A stretch of DNA of 64,000 nucleotides from Deinococcota bacterium (GTDB lineage: Bacteria; Deinococcota; Deinococci; Deinococcales; Thermaceae), in NCBI GenBank assembly GCA_041695225.1, contig JBGFRI010000001.1, positions 1-64,000 of the forward strand. Reading direction: 5' to 3'. A model generated the notes under the pieces. It had not been told where the DNA came from. It saw nothing but the letters and a program-made list of their open reading frames with translations, and made no database searches. Position numbers and translations under genes: made by a program. Below are positions 31,199-43,200 of the stretch, one piece after another (positions within the stretch are counted from its first letter, which is position 1; each line of letters opens with the position of its first letter).

Positions 31199-34100
31199 GT
31201 GACCCTCTATCTCAGCCTGCTCGGCCCGCCCCAGCTCTTGCTCGAGGATAAGCCTGTTGCGGGCCTGCCCCGCAAAGCCATTGCAATGGCAGCTTATCTG
31301 GCCGCGGTTGGTAAGCCGGTCGAACGTGGGCAGCTGGCCGACCTGTTGTGGGAGGGAGACGCAGAAGCAGTACGCCGGAATCTTCGCCAGGAACTGTTCC
31401 GACTGAAGAACACCCCCTGGGAACAGGTATTTGTACATAGCCAACAGCACCTTGGGTTGGGGCAGGTGGAGACCGATCTCGAGGCTTTTGTGGCCCAGAT
31501 GGCGAAAGGCGCCTGGTCCGAGGCAGTAGCCCTGTGGCGAGGCGGATTTTTGGCGGGTGTAGACCTTAAGGTTTCGGAGAGCTACTGGGACTGGCTGATT
31601 CCAGAGCGTGAACGATGGAGCCGGCTATACCACCAAGCCATGCTGGGCCTGGCCAACAGCCTGGAGGCGACAGGCCAGCCTGGCGAGGCGCTAAAAATCC
31701 ATCTCAGGCTGCTTGACGAAGATCCCCTACAGGAAACCGAGCAGCAAGCCGTAATGCGGCTGCACCTGCAGCTGGGCGACCGTCCGGCGGCGCACCGTCA
31801 GTTTGAGCGGTACCGGGTATTGCTGCGGGGCCAGCTCGGACTAGAACCCAGCACACAGATGAAGGCGTTTTTCGAGCAGCTGCGCGAAGAAGAGCCCTTG
31901 CCTGCGCAGCGAACCCTGGCCCAGCAGTTGAGCGAACCACCCCTGGTGGGGCGAAGTGAGGACTGGGCCTGGCTCGAGGCGCACTGGGGGCGTGGGCTTT
32001 TGCTCATTCTTGCCGAGCCTGGGGTGGGCAAGAGCCGCCTGGCTATGGAGTATGCCAGGCATCAGGTGGGTGCGGGCCCCTCCGAGACCCTGCGCATTCG
32101 CCAGCGCGAGAGTGGGCAGGGCATTGGCTTTAGTGGTCTGCTGGAAGTCCTGCGCCAGGCACTGGAGCAGAATAAACTAACCAGCCTCGAGCCTACCTGG
32201 CGGCAGGAGCTAGCCCAGCTTCTGCCTGAACTGGGCCCTCGGTTAGGCAGCCCCAACAAGGCCCGGTTGTTTGAAGCCCTTTGCCGGTCCTTGCAGACCA
32301 TAGTCCGCCCTGGTGGGGTAGTGCTATGGGATGACCTGCACTGGCTGGACTGGGCCAGCCTCGAGTTTCTGCCCTATCTGGCGCGCCGCGCGGGCAGCCT
32401 GGGCTTCTTCCTGCTGGGAACGGCCCGCCCCGAGGCCATGCGCCAGGGCCAGCCGGTGCGACTGATCCTGCAAGAAATTGCCAGGGATGGCCGACTTTTT
32501 CCGCGTGAGCTGCAACCGCTCGATCAACAAACCCTGGTACAGCTACTGCGCCGCATGTCGGGCCAGCGCAAGGGCAGCGAACGTTTTGCCGTGCGCCTGT
32601 TCCAGGCCTCTGCAGGTAACATTTTTTATGTTCTGGAGGTTCTGCGCTATCTCTTCGATCAGGGTCTGTTGCGAGCCAAAGCGGGGGCCTGGCATACCCC
32701 CTTCGATAGCTTCACTACCGACTACGGTGAGCTGCCCTTGCCGCCGAGTGTGCGCGATGCACTGCTGGAACGGCTGCAACGCCTGGGCGAAGGGGTTATT
32801 CCCATCCTGCAGGCTCTGGCCGTGGCCGATTTTCCCCTCTCACCCGAGCTGGCGACAGGGCTCTTACGCCAGCTAAACTGTCCCCTGGATGCCCTAGAAA
32901 GCCTTACCCGGAGCGATTTCTTGCGCCTTGATGCTTCGGGCTATTCCCTGCGACATGAGCTGGTGCGGCAAGCGGTACTATCTGAAATAGGCGAGCCGCG
33001 GCGCCGCTGGCTGCACGGGCGCATCGCCGATGCGCTGCGCGAAATTGGCGGCCCTCTGCCAGAGCTCGCGGCACACCTCGAGGCGGCAGGCCAGCGGGCA
33101 GAAGCCTATATGGTACATCTGATGGCAGGCCGAAACCTGCGCCGCGGGCCGCTGGCCCGGCAAGCCCTGGAACACTATCGCAGCGCCCAGATGCTCTGCC
33201 CCGACACAGAACCGGAGCAGGAGCGCTTTCGCATCTTGATCGAGGCCGCCGAGACCAGGGTCTCGCTGGGGCAGCTGCAAATTCCCGAGCGGCAGGAGAT
33301 GGTGCGGCTGGCCGACAATTTAGGTGATCACGAGCGCTTTCGGCTATTGTTGCTCAATGCCGATGTGGCCCTGGCCTCGGGGCGGGTCGCCGAGGGTATC
33401 GAGGCTGCCCGCGAGGCCATGCGCCTGGCCCAGACCCCCTGGCAGCGGGGCCAGGCCCTGTTCAAGCTGGCCTGGTTTGAGTACCGGGGCGGCAACCCCG
33501 ATGCCCAGCTCGAGCCCTTGCTGGCCTCTATCCGGGCGTTTCACGATATAGGCGACCGGGCTATGGAGACTCTGGCTTTGCGTAATCTTTCCGGCTACTG
33601 GTTCCGCCTGGGTGACCAAGTTCAGCACAGTGAAAACTACGCCAGAGCCGTCGCCCTTGCCAGCGAACTCGAGGACAGTCTGCTGCTGCGCCGCCTGCGA
33701 GCCGACAAGGTAATGGTGGACTGGGTCAAAGGCGAATACGCAACCAGCCTCCAGGTGGCCGAACTGCTCTACCACGAAGCCCGTGAACGCGGCGACTGGT
33801 GGGCGCTGTGGGACGCACTCCAAGGGTTGCTCCTTAACGCGGCGGTGCTGGGCATGGAACCCGGGCTCGAGACCAGCGTCCAGCATGCCCTGGCGGAAGC
33901 CGCCGAGGTGGGAGCCTGGCGCGACCTGGCCCTGCTCCGCTCGGACTATGGCAATGCCCTGATGGTGGCGGGCCGGCTAACGGAAGCCCGGCGTGAGCTC
34001 GAGGCCGCCCTGCGCGACCTGCGCGAGATGGGCGAGCGCGCCCGCATCGGACATGTGCTCTTCAATCTGGGGTTTACCCTGCTCGAGCAAGGCGAGCTAA

Positions 34101-34462
34101 AGCGCGGCCTGGATTTTCTGGAAGAGTCGGTGCATATCTGGCAAGACCGCAAGGAGCACCGCCACACCGCCCGTTCCCTGGCAGCCATGGCCTTTGGCCA
34201 CCTGCGCCGGGGCGACCGCAAGGCAGCCCGGCAGGTCTCCGAAAAAGCTTACAACCTGCGCGCACCCTGGGCCCTGGGTATCTACGACCTGCCGCTGGTG
34301 CTCTACGCCCGCGCCAGGGCTCTGGGAGAAAGGCAGGGCCGGCCCTACCTGCTCCAAACCCAGCAACTGCTGCGCGACCTAGCCCAGCAACAACCAGAAC
34401 AGCTCTCCCAGCAACTCCTGTCCAACCGCTATGTGGTCTGGGCGCTTGGGAAAAAGGTCTAG
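31199..34462 (+). CDS. SARP/BTAD transcriptional activator fused to a STAND-type ATPase and TPR-like repeats
   Basis: LSLLGPPQL, LADLLW..RRNLRQEL.RL, DPLQE, LEPS; Walker A AEPGVGKS; Walker B VLWDDLH. Confidence 0.9.
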   Translation: MTLYLSLLGPPQLLLEDKPVAGLPRKAIAMAAYLAAVGKPVERGQLADLLWEGDAEAVRRNLRQELFRLKNTPWEQVFVHSQQHLGLGQVETDLEAFVAQMAKGAWSEAVALWRGGFLAGVDLKVSESYWDWLIPERERWSRLYHQAMLGLANSLEATGQPGEALKIHLRLLDEDPLQETEQQAVMRLHLQLGDRPAAHRQFERYRVLLRGQLGLEPSTQMKAFFEQLREEEPLPAQRTLAQQLSEPPLVGRSEDWAWLEAHWGRGLLLILAEPGVGKSRLAMEYARHQVGAGPSETLRIRQRESGQGIGFSGLLEVLRQALEQNKLTSLEPTWRQELAQLLPELGPRLGSPNKARLFEALCRSLQTIVRPGGVVLWDDLHWLDWASLEFLPYLARRAGSLGFFLLGTARPEAMRQGQPVRLILQEIARDGRLFPRELQPLDQQTLVQLLRRMSGQRKGSERFAVRLFQASAGNIFYVLEVLRYLFDQGLLRAKAGAWHTPFDSFTTDYGELPLPPSVRDALLERLQRLGEGVIPILQALAVADFPLSPELATGLLRQLNCPLDALESLTRSDFLRLDASGYSLRHELVRQAVLSEIGEPRRRWLHGRIADALREIGGPLPELAAHLEAAGQRAEAYMVHLMAGRNLRRGPLARQALEHYRSAQMLCPDTEPEQERFRILIEAAETRVSLGQLQIPERQEMVRLADNLGDHERFRLLLLNADVALASGRVAEGIEAAREAMRLAQTPWQRGQALFKLAWFEYRGGNPDAQLEPLLASIRAFHDIGDRAMETLALRNLSGYWFRLGDQVQHSENYARAVALASELEDSLLLRRLRADKVMVDWVKGEYATSLQVAELLYHEARERGDWWALWDALQGLLLNAAVLGMEPGLETSVQHALAEAAEVGAWRDLALLRSDYGNALMVAGRLTEARRELEAALRDLREMGERARIGHVLFNLGFTLLEQGELKRGLDFLEESVHIWQDRKEHRHTARSLAAMAFGHLRRGDRKAARQVSEKAYNLRAPWALGIYDLPLVLYARARALGERQGRPYLLQTQQLLRDLAQQQPEQLSQQLLSNRYVVWALGKKV

Positions 34463-34480
34463 CCGAACAACCAAATTCCG

Positions 34481-34512
34481 TAACGGCAATATAACGCTGC
34501 CCAATTTAGCCT
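34481..34512 (+). promoter_or_regulatory. Candidate SARP direct repeat and -10 element
   Basis: TAACG at 34481 and 34492 (11-nt period), TAGCCT at 34507. Confidence 0.5.
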
Positions 34513-34559
34513 CGAGCTGGCTACAACCCGAAACCCTCTGGTTGAGCTAGGAGGTTTAT

Positions 34560-35825
34560 ATGAAACGCGTGTTCTGGCTTCTGAGTATGAGTCTAGTTAT
34601 ATGGCTGATGGCCTGCTCCGGAGGAAGCAGCACCACACCCCAGACCATTACGGTTGCCGGTACCGTAATCGGTTTCAATTTGCAGCCTGTTGCTAGTGTG
34701 CCGGTGGTCATAACCACTGGCAGCGCCAGTCTCAGCACCACCACCAACGCAAGCGGTGCTTTCAGCGTTGGCGGGGTGACACCCCCGTATGACGCAACTG
34801 TTTTAGCTGGGAGCCAGGCGCTCACTTATAAGGGTTTGACTCGGACCGATCCAACCCTGTTTTTTCTTGGGTCTGCCCCAGGGGTTGCTCGAGCAGCATC
34901 CCTTAGTGGAACGGTTTCCGGTGGCGCAGGCTTCCCCCAGCCTGCAAACCACCGGACCATAACCGCTTTTGGATCGCCCGAGGCGGTGGATAGCGCAACG
35001 GCCAACACTACTACGGGTGCTTATAACATGGGTACGGTAAGCTGGTTTGGCCCCACTACTACTACAGGGAATATCCGTGCGCTTCAGTGGCAGTTCGATG
35101 GAACCAACCTGCCCACCGACTATACTGGGTATGGGGAAAAGCTCAACGTAACACTGTCTGATGGTGGAGCATTTACCGGTCAAAACGTCGCCATGTCTGG
35201 GGTAAGCGAGGCCACTATCTCGGGGTCGGTCAGTCTTCCAGCCGGATACAGCCTAGGAAGCAAACGACTGGCGGTTGGGTTTGCAGACCGGTCGCTCATC
35301 AGTGTGCTGTTCGATACCGGCGCCAGCACCAGTTTCGTCTACACCACACCCAATGTCACTGGGGCTACCATCCAAATGCAAGTTACTGCGGCCAATGGTG
35401 CAGGAACCAGTGTGGTAACAACCAGACCAGGTCTGGCCGTCAATGCAACCAGCGTTTCGATTCCCCTGCCGGCGGGCTCGGATCTGAGCCTGCCGCCAAA
35501 TGTCGCTACCAATGTAAACAACAGCACAACCTTCTCCTATACGCCTTTCTCGGGAGGTGTACACTTCGTAGTGTTTAACGGCCCTGGCACAAGCCCCGAT
35601 TATGTGGTGCTAACCACGGCCGCCAGCACTACCATTCCCAATCTTAGCTCGGTCGGGCTTGGGCTGCCCGCGTCCACAGTCTATACCTGGCAAGTCTATG
35701 GGCTAGCGCCGTTCGCAAGCGTAAACGCTGCTGCTGGGCCTGGCGGTTGGCTGGCAGCCTTCCTGGGTACCGCCGAAGGCAGCATTAGTGTTTCCGCAAG
35801 CCGCACATTCACCACTGCACCCTGA
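34560..35825 (+). CDS. Secreted Thr/Gly/Ser-rich lipoprotein, beta-rich repeats
   Basis: Signal peptide with LMAC lipobox; SD AGGAGG; VAGTV...PVASVPV..TTNASGAFS prealbumin-like pattern. Confidence 0.85.
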   Translation: MKRVFWLLSMSLVIWLMACSGGSSTTPQTITVAGTVIGFNLQPVASVPVVITTGSASLSTTTNASGAFSVGGVTPPYDATVLAGSQALTYKGLTRTDPTLFFLGSAPGVARAASLSGTVSGGAGFPQPANHRTITAFGSPEAVDSATANTTTGAYNMGTVSWFGPTTTTGNIRALQWQFDGTNLPTDYTGYGEKLNVTLSDGGAFTGQNVAMSGVSEATISGSVSLPAGYSLGSKRLAVGFADRSLISVLFDTGASTSFVYTTPNVTGATIQMQVTAANGAGTSVVTTRPGLAVNATSVSIPLPAGSDLSLPPNVATNVNNSTTFSYTPFSGGVHFVVFNGPGTSPDYVVLTTAASTTIPNLSSVGLGLPASTVYTWQVYGLAPFASVNAAAGPGGWLAAFLGTAEGSISVSASRTFTTAP

Positions 35826-35841
35826 GGCATTCAGACCTAGG

Positions 35842-35866
35842 GGGCCGGGGACTTCCCCCGGCCTTA
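35842..35866. terminator. Hairpin between convergent genes
   Basis: GGCCGGGG-ACTTC-CCCCGGCC. Confidence 0.65.
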
Positions 35867-35881
35867 TTGCTAACTGTTTAG

Positions 35882-36487
35882 CTAAAACCGGCTGGCCACC
35901 TTGTCCCAGTTGACCACGTTCCAGATGGCGGCCAGATAGTCGGGGCGGCGGTTCTGGTACTTGAGGTAGTAGGCGTGTTCCCACACGTCAATACCCAGCA
36001 GGGGGGTGTGGCCTTCCATCAGGGGGGAGTCCTGGTTGGCAGTGCTGTAGACCTGCAGCTTGCCGGAGGCATCCTTCACCAGCCAGCTCCAGCCCGAGCC
36101 AAAGCGGGTCAGGCCGGCCTGGGTCAGCCGGGTTTTTAGGTCGTCGAAGGAGCCAAAAGTTGCCGTGATGGCCTCGGCCAGACTGCCGCCGGGCTGCCTG
36201 GCCCCGCCGGGGGTCAGGATGTCCCAGAACAGGGTGTGGTTGTGGTGGCCGCCGCCGTTGTTGCGCACCGCCGTGCGGATGTCTTCGGGTACCTGGGCGA
36301 TTTTGGTCAACAGGTCTTCGATGCTCCAGCCGTGGATGGCGGAGTGTTTCTCCAGGGCCGTATTCAGGTTGGTCACGTAGGCGTTGTGGTGCTTGCCATG
36401 GTGAATTTCCATGGTCTGGGCGTCAATGTGGGGCTCGAGGGCATCCTTGGCATAACCGAGGTCGGGCAGCTTGAAGGGATAGCTCAT
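35882..36487 (-). CDS. sodA: Mn superoxide dismutase
   Basis: [26 protein letters not shown]. Confidence 0.96.
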   Translation of the reverse strand: MSYPFKLPDLGYAKDALEPHIDAQTMEIHHGKHHNAYVTNLNTALEKHSAIHGWSIEDLLTKIAQVPEDIRTAVRNNGGGHHNHTLFWDILTPGGARQPGGSLAEAITATFGSFDDLKTRLTQAGLTRFGSGWSWLVKDASGKLQVYSTANQDSPLMEGHTPLLGIDVWEHAYYLKYQNRRPDYLAAIWNVVNWDKVASRF

Positions 36488-36598
36488 ACTTGTACCTCCG
36501 TGCTGTACTTTACGCCCGCGCTCGGACGAAACGCTGTGACTGGGGACTCAAAATAGCGGGCAGAGAAGCAGGGCGCGGGGCCAAAGCTGCGTAAGCCT

Positions 36599-36619
36599 GT
36601 AGGGTGCGGCACGCACCAC
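36599..36619 (+). repeat. GTAG-type REP, left flank of RAYT
   Basis: GTAG-GGTGCG-GCA-CGCACC; perfect 21-nt inverted copy at 37392-37412. Confidence 0.88.
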
Positions 36620-36635
36620 TGCTTCTGAAACATTG

Positions 36636-37187
36636 TTACTCGAGCCTCTTCCAGTAAGGCTCCTCAAAGTAAACAGCATCACCCCACCCGGCTTCATACA
36701 ACCCCTTGCGAACACACTGTCCAAAGGTTGAATAAGGCCACTCCCCTGGCTTTTGCTCCAGCCCATGTTTGACCGGGTTGAAGTGAATATAGTCCATGTG
36801 GCGAGCGAAATCCCGCTCATCTTTGATGCGGTGCTCCCAGAAGCGCCGCTGCCACAGAGTGGATTCTTTACGCTTTTGCCGGGACCTGGACAATCGGCCT
36901 GGATCAAAGTACAGATGCCCGATTCTCCGGCTAACCCCGGCTTTGATCTGCAGCCAGCGCTGAGAAAAATCTGAATCGTCTTCTGGAAGCGTCCAGATGC
37001 AGTGCAGGTGATCGGGCAGAAGCACCCAGGCCCGGGTAGTGAAGGGCAGGGTCTGGCGAACCTAACCAATGGACAGTCTTAGGGCCGTTCGGAAGGGTTC
37101 ATCAAGCAGAATTCTCTGGCGTTGATAGGTGACTACTGTGAAGAAATAGCAGCCTCCTTTGAGATAATCACGGCGATAGTTGGGCAT
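36636..37187 (-). pseudogene. REP-associated tyrosine transposase (RAYT) with an in-frame TAG at codon 42
   Basis: MPNYRR..GGCYFFTVVT, VLLPDHLH (HUH), LWQRRFWEH.I, YIHFNPVKHG, WPYS all in one frame; stop at 37062-37064. Confidence 0.88.
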
Positions 37188-37250
37188 ACGTGGGTAATTC
37201 TATCGGGGGGTTTGCGGTGGGGTTGTGCGTGTGGTCTACTTACCCAGAAT

Positions 37251-37412
37251 GGCGGTGCGTGCTACAAACTACAAACTGGCTATTGTCCAGTCTATAGCGG
37301 GGTTTGTGGTCGAGTTGTGCATGAGCCTGTGTTTACAAACTGGTTGGCGCTCCTGAGCTGGCGGTGCGTGCCGCCCCTGCAAACTGATATGGTGGTGCGT
37401 GCCGCACCCTAC
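37251..37412 (-). repeat. REP cluster, right flank of RAYT (one intact, two decayed)
   Basis: GGyGGTGCGTGC units at about 37251, 37360 and 37391. Confidence 0.8.
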
Positions 37413-37429
37413 TCCTAATCAACCAGGCA

Positions 37430-38821
<1,392 letters not shown>

Positions 38822-39086
38822 AGCATCCCTATTGTATGGGTGGGCTACTACCTGGGTAAAAGGGCAGATAGTCCCGCTGGAGGCAGACCCTAGAGTTTAG
38901 AGCAAGCTCTGCCAGTGTTTAGGCCGGTGCGAAACGTACCCGGAGCCACGGCGCTTTGATCTCCTGGACCCACCCAGATAGGTGACTGCTGAGCTAAAAG
39001 TCGAAAACACCGCGCCCCTGACGGCTCGAGCTCGAGCCCTCAAGGGCGATGCAAGGCTCGTGCATCCACCAGAAATTGAAAACACC

Positions 39087-39240
39087 TCATTGCGAGCACC
39101 CCTCTCGACTGGCTCGGGGCAGGCTCCGGACAAGCCCTGAGGCGTAGCCGAAGAGGAAGCAATCCCGATCAGTCCAGCGGCCAGAGTGCGCATGTGTCCC
39201 TTCTGGATTGCTTTGTCGGCCTGGTGGCCTCCTCGCAATG
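39087..39240 (+). repeat. Repeat family A, copy 3, with nested family C unit
   Basis: TCATTGCGAG-[CTCGACTGGCTCGGGGCAGGC..]-CCTGAGGCGTAGCCGAAG..CTGGATTGCT..CTCGCAATG. Confidence 0.8.
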
Positions 39241-39342
39241 CGGGGTGGGGGCGACCTGAGACCTGCGACCTGATACACAGCATCCTCGCAAAGCCGAGAG
39301 AGGGGCCAACAACTTTACGCAGCTGTACTAAGATAAGTTGTT

Positions 39343-39813
39343 ATGAACGCGGCCAACCCCCCATACCGAGCGGCGCTGGAAGAAAGCCCGGAACATTTCT
39401 GGGAACGCTTTTCGCAGTACGCCCAGACCTGGCCCATCAGCCCCGAGCCGCTGGGCAGCCCTCTGCTCGAGGTACTTACATCCCTTGGCCCTCTGTTTGC
39501 TTTTGACCGCTGCCTGGCGCCCTTGTCGGGTAGTGTGACCCCTTTGATTTTTCACGGGCAGGTAGAAGACTGGAACCCGGACCAAAACACCAACAACGTC
39601 CAGCACTTGGGCGGTGGGCGGTATCAGTTTACCGGTCAGGTGCAAGCCGTTCTGGATGCCAGTTTTTTCGTGTTGCAGGTAGAAAGCCCTAATAGTGAGC
39701 CCCACCTGCGGTTGGTGCTGGGCGCCCTAGACCCTCCAGGAGTGGGAAGCTGGGTCACGGTACGACTGGCCCCCCCGCTGATGGTGTTTCGCCCCGATTC
39801 GAACCCACGCTAA
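39343..39813 (+). CDS. Hypothetical protein
   Basis: 156-aa ORF with host-like codon usage; TAAGAT 8 nt before ATG. Confidence 0.75.
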   Translation: MNAANPPYRAALEESPEHFWERFSQYAQTWPISPEPLGSPLLEVLTSLGPLFAFDRCLAPLSGSVTPLIFHGQVEDWNPDQNTNNVQHLGGGRYQFTGQVQAVLDASFFVLQVESPNSEPHLRLVLGALDPPGVGSWVTVRLAPPLMVFRPDSNPR

Positions 39814-40203
39814 ACGATCTAACTTAATCCTGCTAGAGAGCTGCTTCACCTCTCATTTTGCTTGCCAATGCTGGTACAGGCTAATGAATCTGGGCACGGT
39901 GTTCATGAGCTTGGTAGATTGGCTGTAGGAGTTGGGCAGACTGAGTGTGGCGATGATTTGTACACGCCCTGCCGATAACAGCTGACCTATGCCAGAAGCG
40001 ATACTCGGGCCAATGGTATGCTTAGAGTCTTTCAAGGAAGGTTTTGTTGTGGTAGTGGGCCAGGATTGTGTGCCCGCGTCGGCTATGGTGTGGTAACTTG
40101 TGCATGAAATGCTCTATTTAGACCAGAGGGGGCTCTTTGGCGGGTATAATTGCCATTGTTCTCGTCGAATCTGTAAACCATTATTTTTTGTGGTTTTACC
40201 CAT

Positions 40204-43200
40204 ATGACCTGTCCCCGCTGTGGCCATACTAATGCTGCCGGTGAAGAGAGCTGTGCGCGTTGTGGTAATACTTTGTTGCCGGGGGGTAGTTTTGTACAGG
40301 AACGGCGCTGGGTGAGCGCGGTGTTTTTCGACCTCTCCCGCTTTACCGAGTATGCGCTGGCACATCCGCTAGAGGACACCTGGCAGGCAGCCAATACGGC
40401 TTTAAAGACGGCCGCCAACCACGTTCGGCTATACGGTGGGCATATAGACAAGTTCTTTGGCGACGGCTTTCTGGCAGTGTTTGGGGTTCCACGCAGCCAG
40501 GAATCTGATGCGCGGGCGGCGCTGGAAGCGGCGCAGGCTATGGTGGCCTCGAGTACCCTGCCGGGGCGAGCTGGTGTGGCCAGTGGGCTGGTTTTGCGTA
40601 CACCCTTGGGTGGGGGGTTGGCCGGTGACCAGACCGTGCTGGGGCCTGCCGTCAACCTATCCCAGCGACTGTCGCAAGCCGCACCGCCGGGCGAGGTCTG
40701 GTGTGACGCCACCACCATGCGCCTGGTTCCAGGTGTGCTAACCGATGCCCTGCCCCCCCAGCCACTCAAGGGCTATGCCGAACCCCTGGCACCCTTTCGC
40801 TATCTGGGTTTGCGCTCGGATCCACCGGATGCGCTAGGGCGTGACCGAGAGGTACAAATCTTACGGCAAACCCTTGAAGTCGTGCGCGCAGGAGCAGGGC
40901 GGCGGGTGGTGCTGTACGGGCCGATGGGGGTGGGCAAGTCGCACCTGGCTCAGCACTTTGTCCAGACCCTTCCCGCAGGGGTGCGGGGGGTGGTAGCCCC
41001 ACGCCTGACTGGCGGAGTGGCCCTGCGCTATGCCTTGCGTCAGGGCCTGCAAAAGCTGTTGGTTGACGGGCTTTCGCAGCTTCGACAGCTAAAGCTGCCC
41101 GAGCACCTGCGCGCCATTCTGGATTTCAGCATCGGCATCGAAGAGCACCCCGGCCTGCCCACCAACGAGCTGGATGGCCTGCTGGTTCAGACCTGGTGGT
41201 TGCTGCTGGCCCGCATTGCCCAGAACAGTCCCATTGTGGTGGTGCTGGAAGATATGCACAATGCCGATCCAACCGTACTCGATTTCACCCGGCAGCCAGC
41301 CCCACCGGGGGTGATGTTGCTGCTGGTTGCCCGGCAAAACCGCTGGGATGCGCACGACGACCTGGTCTCTTTGCCCCTGGAGCCCCTCTCGCTTGAGGAT
41401 ACCCAGCACCTGATTTTGCGCGCCCGCCCCGAACTTGGCCCTGCTACCAGTCTGCACCTGGCCGAGGCCAGCGGGGGTTATCCGCTGGCCGTCCAGGCCC
41501 TGAGCCTGACCCCTAGTGGCGAACCCGAGCCCATCCCGCTCTACCAGCCCCGGCTGGATAGTCTGCCCCGGCTGGCCCGGGTGGCCCTGCAAGCTGCTGC
41601 TGTACTGGGTTCCACTGCTCCGCCTGAACTGGTGCGGCATCTGGTCGGAGAGGAGGCCGACCTGACACGCCTGGTGGGGGAGGGTTTTCTCGAGGCCGAT
41701 GAACACGGGCAGCTGCGCTTTGCCATTCCCTGGCTGCGCGAAGCAACTTTGGGCCAGGTGGGGGGGCAGCAGGTGCAGAACTGGCACCAGCAGGCGGCCC
41801 GCTGGTATCAGCGGCAGGGGCGTCTGGCCGAAGCCGCTACCCACCTCGAGGCTGCGGGCGATACCACGACCGCCTACCGGATGTGGCGGGTGGTAGCCCA
41901 GCAAGCCTGGAACGAGGAGCGCTACCCGGGGGCAATTCTGGGCTACCTCGAGGCCCTGCGCCTGGCCGAGGGCAGTATGCGCTGGCAGGCTGCGCTCGAA
42001 GCCGCCCAGGCCCACCTGACCCTGGGCCGTTATGCCGAAGCCCTCGAGCTGGCCAGCCTTCCCCTGCAAACCCAGGACTTACCGGTCGCGCTGCGCCAGC
42101 AGGTCTGGGCTGTTCGGCTCGAGGCCTGCCTGGCCCTGGGCCGGGCCGACCTGGTTGAACTGCCCAGACCAGAAGAAATTGTCGAGCCGCGTCTGACCCT
42201 GGCGCTTGCCCGTACTGCCCCGCTCAAGGAGGCTCGAGCCCTGCTAGAAAGCCTTCCGGCCAGCCTCGAGGGAAATGCCTTCCTGGTGCGTGCAAAAGCC
42301 TGGCTACGGTCAGGGCAGGTTGAACGGGCCCAGGTAGAGAGTGAGGTCTACCTGAGTGAGTATGCCAGCACCCCTGCCGCATGCTTTGAAGCCCGGCAGA
42401 TACTGTCCGAGGCCCTCTGGCGGCAGTTCAAGCCAAACGATGCCTTGCAAGCCCTGGGCCAGCCACCTGGCGACGCGCTACCGGCCTGGTTTAGCAGTCT
42501 GTACAAAAGCAGCCTGGCGGCTTTGTGGCTAGATCTGGGCGATTTTCAAGCAGCCGCAGCCCTGCTGGAAGAGAGCCTGCCGTTGCTCGAAGGTGCGCCA
42601 GCATGGGTTATCGAACAGGCAAGCCGGGTTCGTGTGCGCTTTCTGATCGAGTCGGGCCAGCTCGATGATGCGCTTGACTTTGGCGAATCCGCCGTGGCCA
42701 AAGCACCATCTCCCAGCCTGCTGGCGCATCTGGCCCTGGCCTATGCGCTGGCCCCCGGAAGGCAGAGCTGGCTCATGTTACAACGCCTGGTTCGCGGCCT
42801 GGATGGCGTCCAAGACCTCGAGGTTCAGGCCGTTTGTGAACTGGCGTTGGGGCTTCGCACCTGGCATCAGGGGCAGGGTGGCTTCACCCACCTGCGTAAC
42901 GCCGCCTTGCTTGCCCGGCGTAGCCAGAACCCAAGCTGCTACTTTTATGCCCTCACGGCCCTCGGGCTGCTTCAGCAGGCCCAGGCCCCGCAAAAGGCCA
43001 TGGCAGTCTCACATCACCTGCTAAGGCAGACCGCAGGTTGTGGTTTTGATGTACAAAACGGATATGCTCGACTCCTTCGGGCGCAGCTTTTGCTGGCTCT
43101 TGGGCGTGAACCTGCCGGACTTTTGGAGTTCGAGACCAAAACCCCGCTGGCCCAGCTCTGGAAAGCCCTTTTGCTGGGTACGCAGGGAGAAGAGCCCAGC

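Noticed and set aside
37062..37064. Recoded amber codon (pyrrolysine or read-through) in RAYT
   Set aside because: No pyl genes or suppressor tRNA in view; TAG is a normal stop for other genes here; a nonsense mutation is simpler
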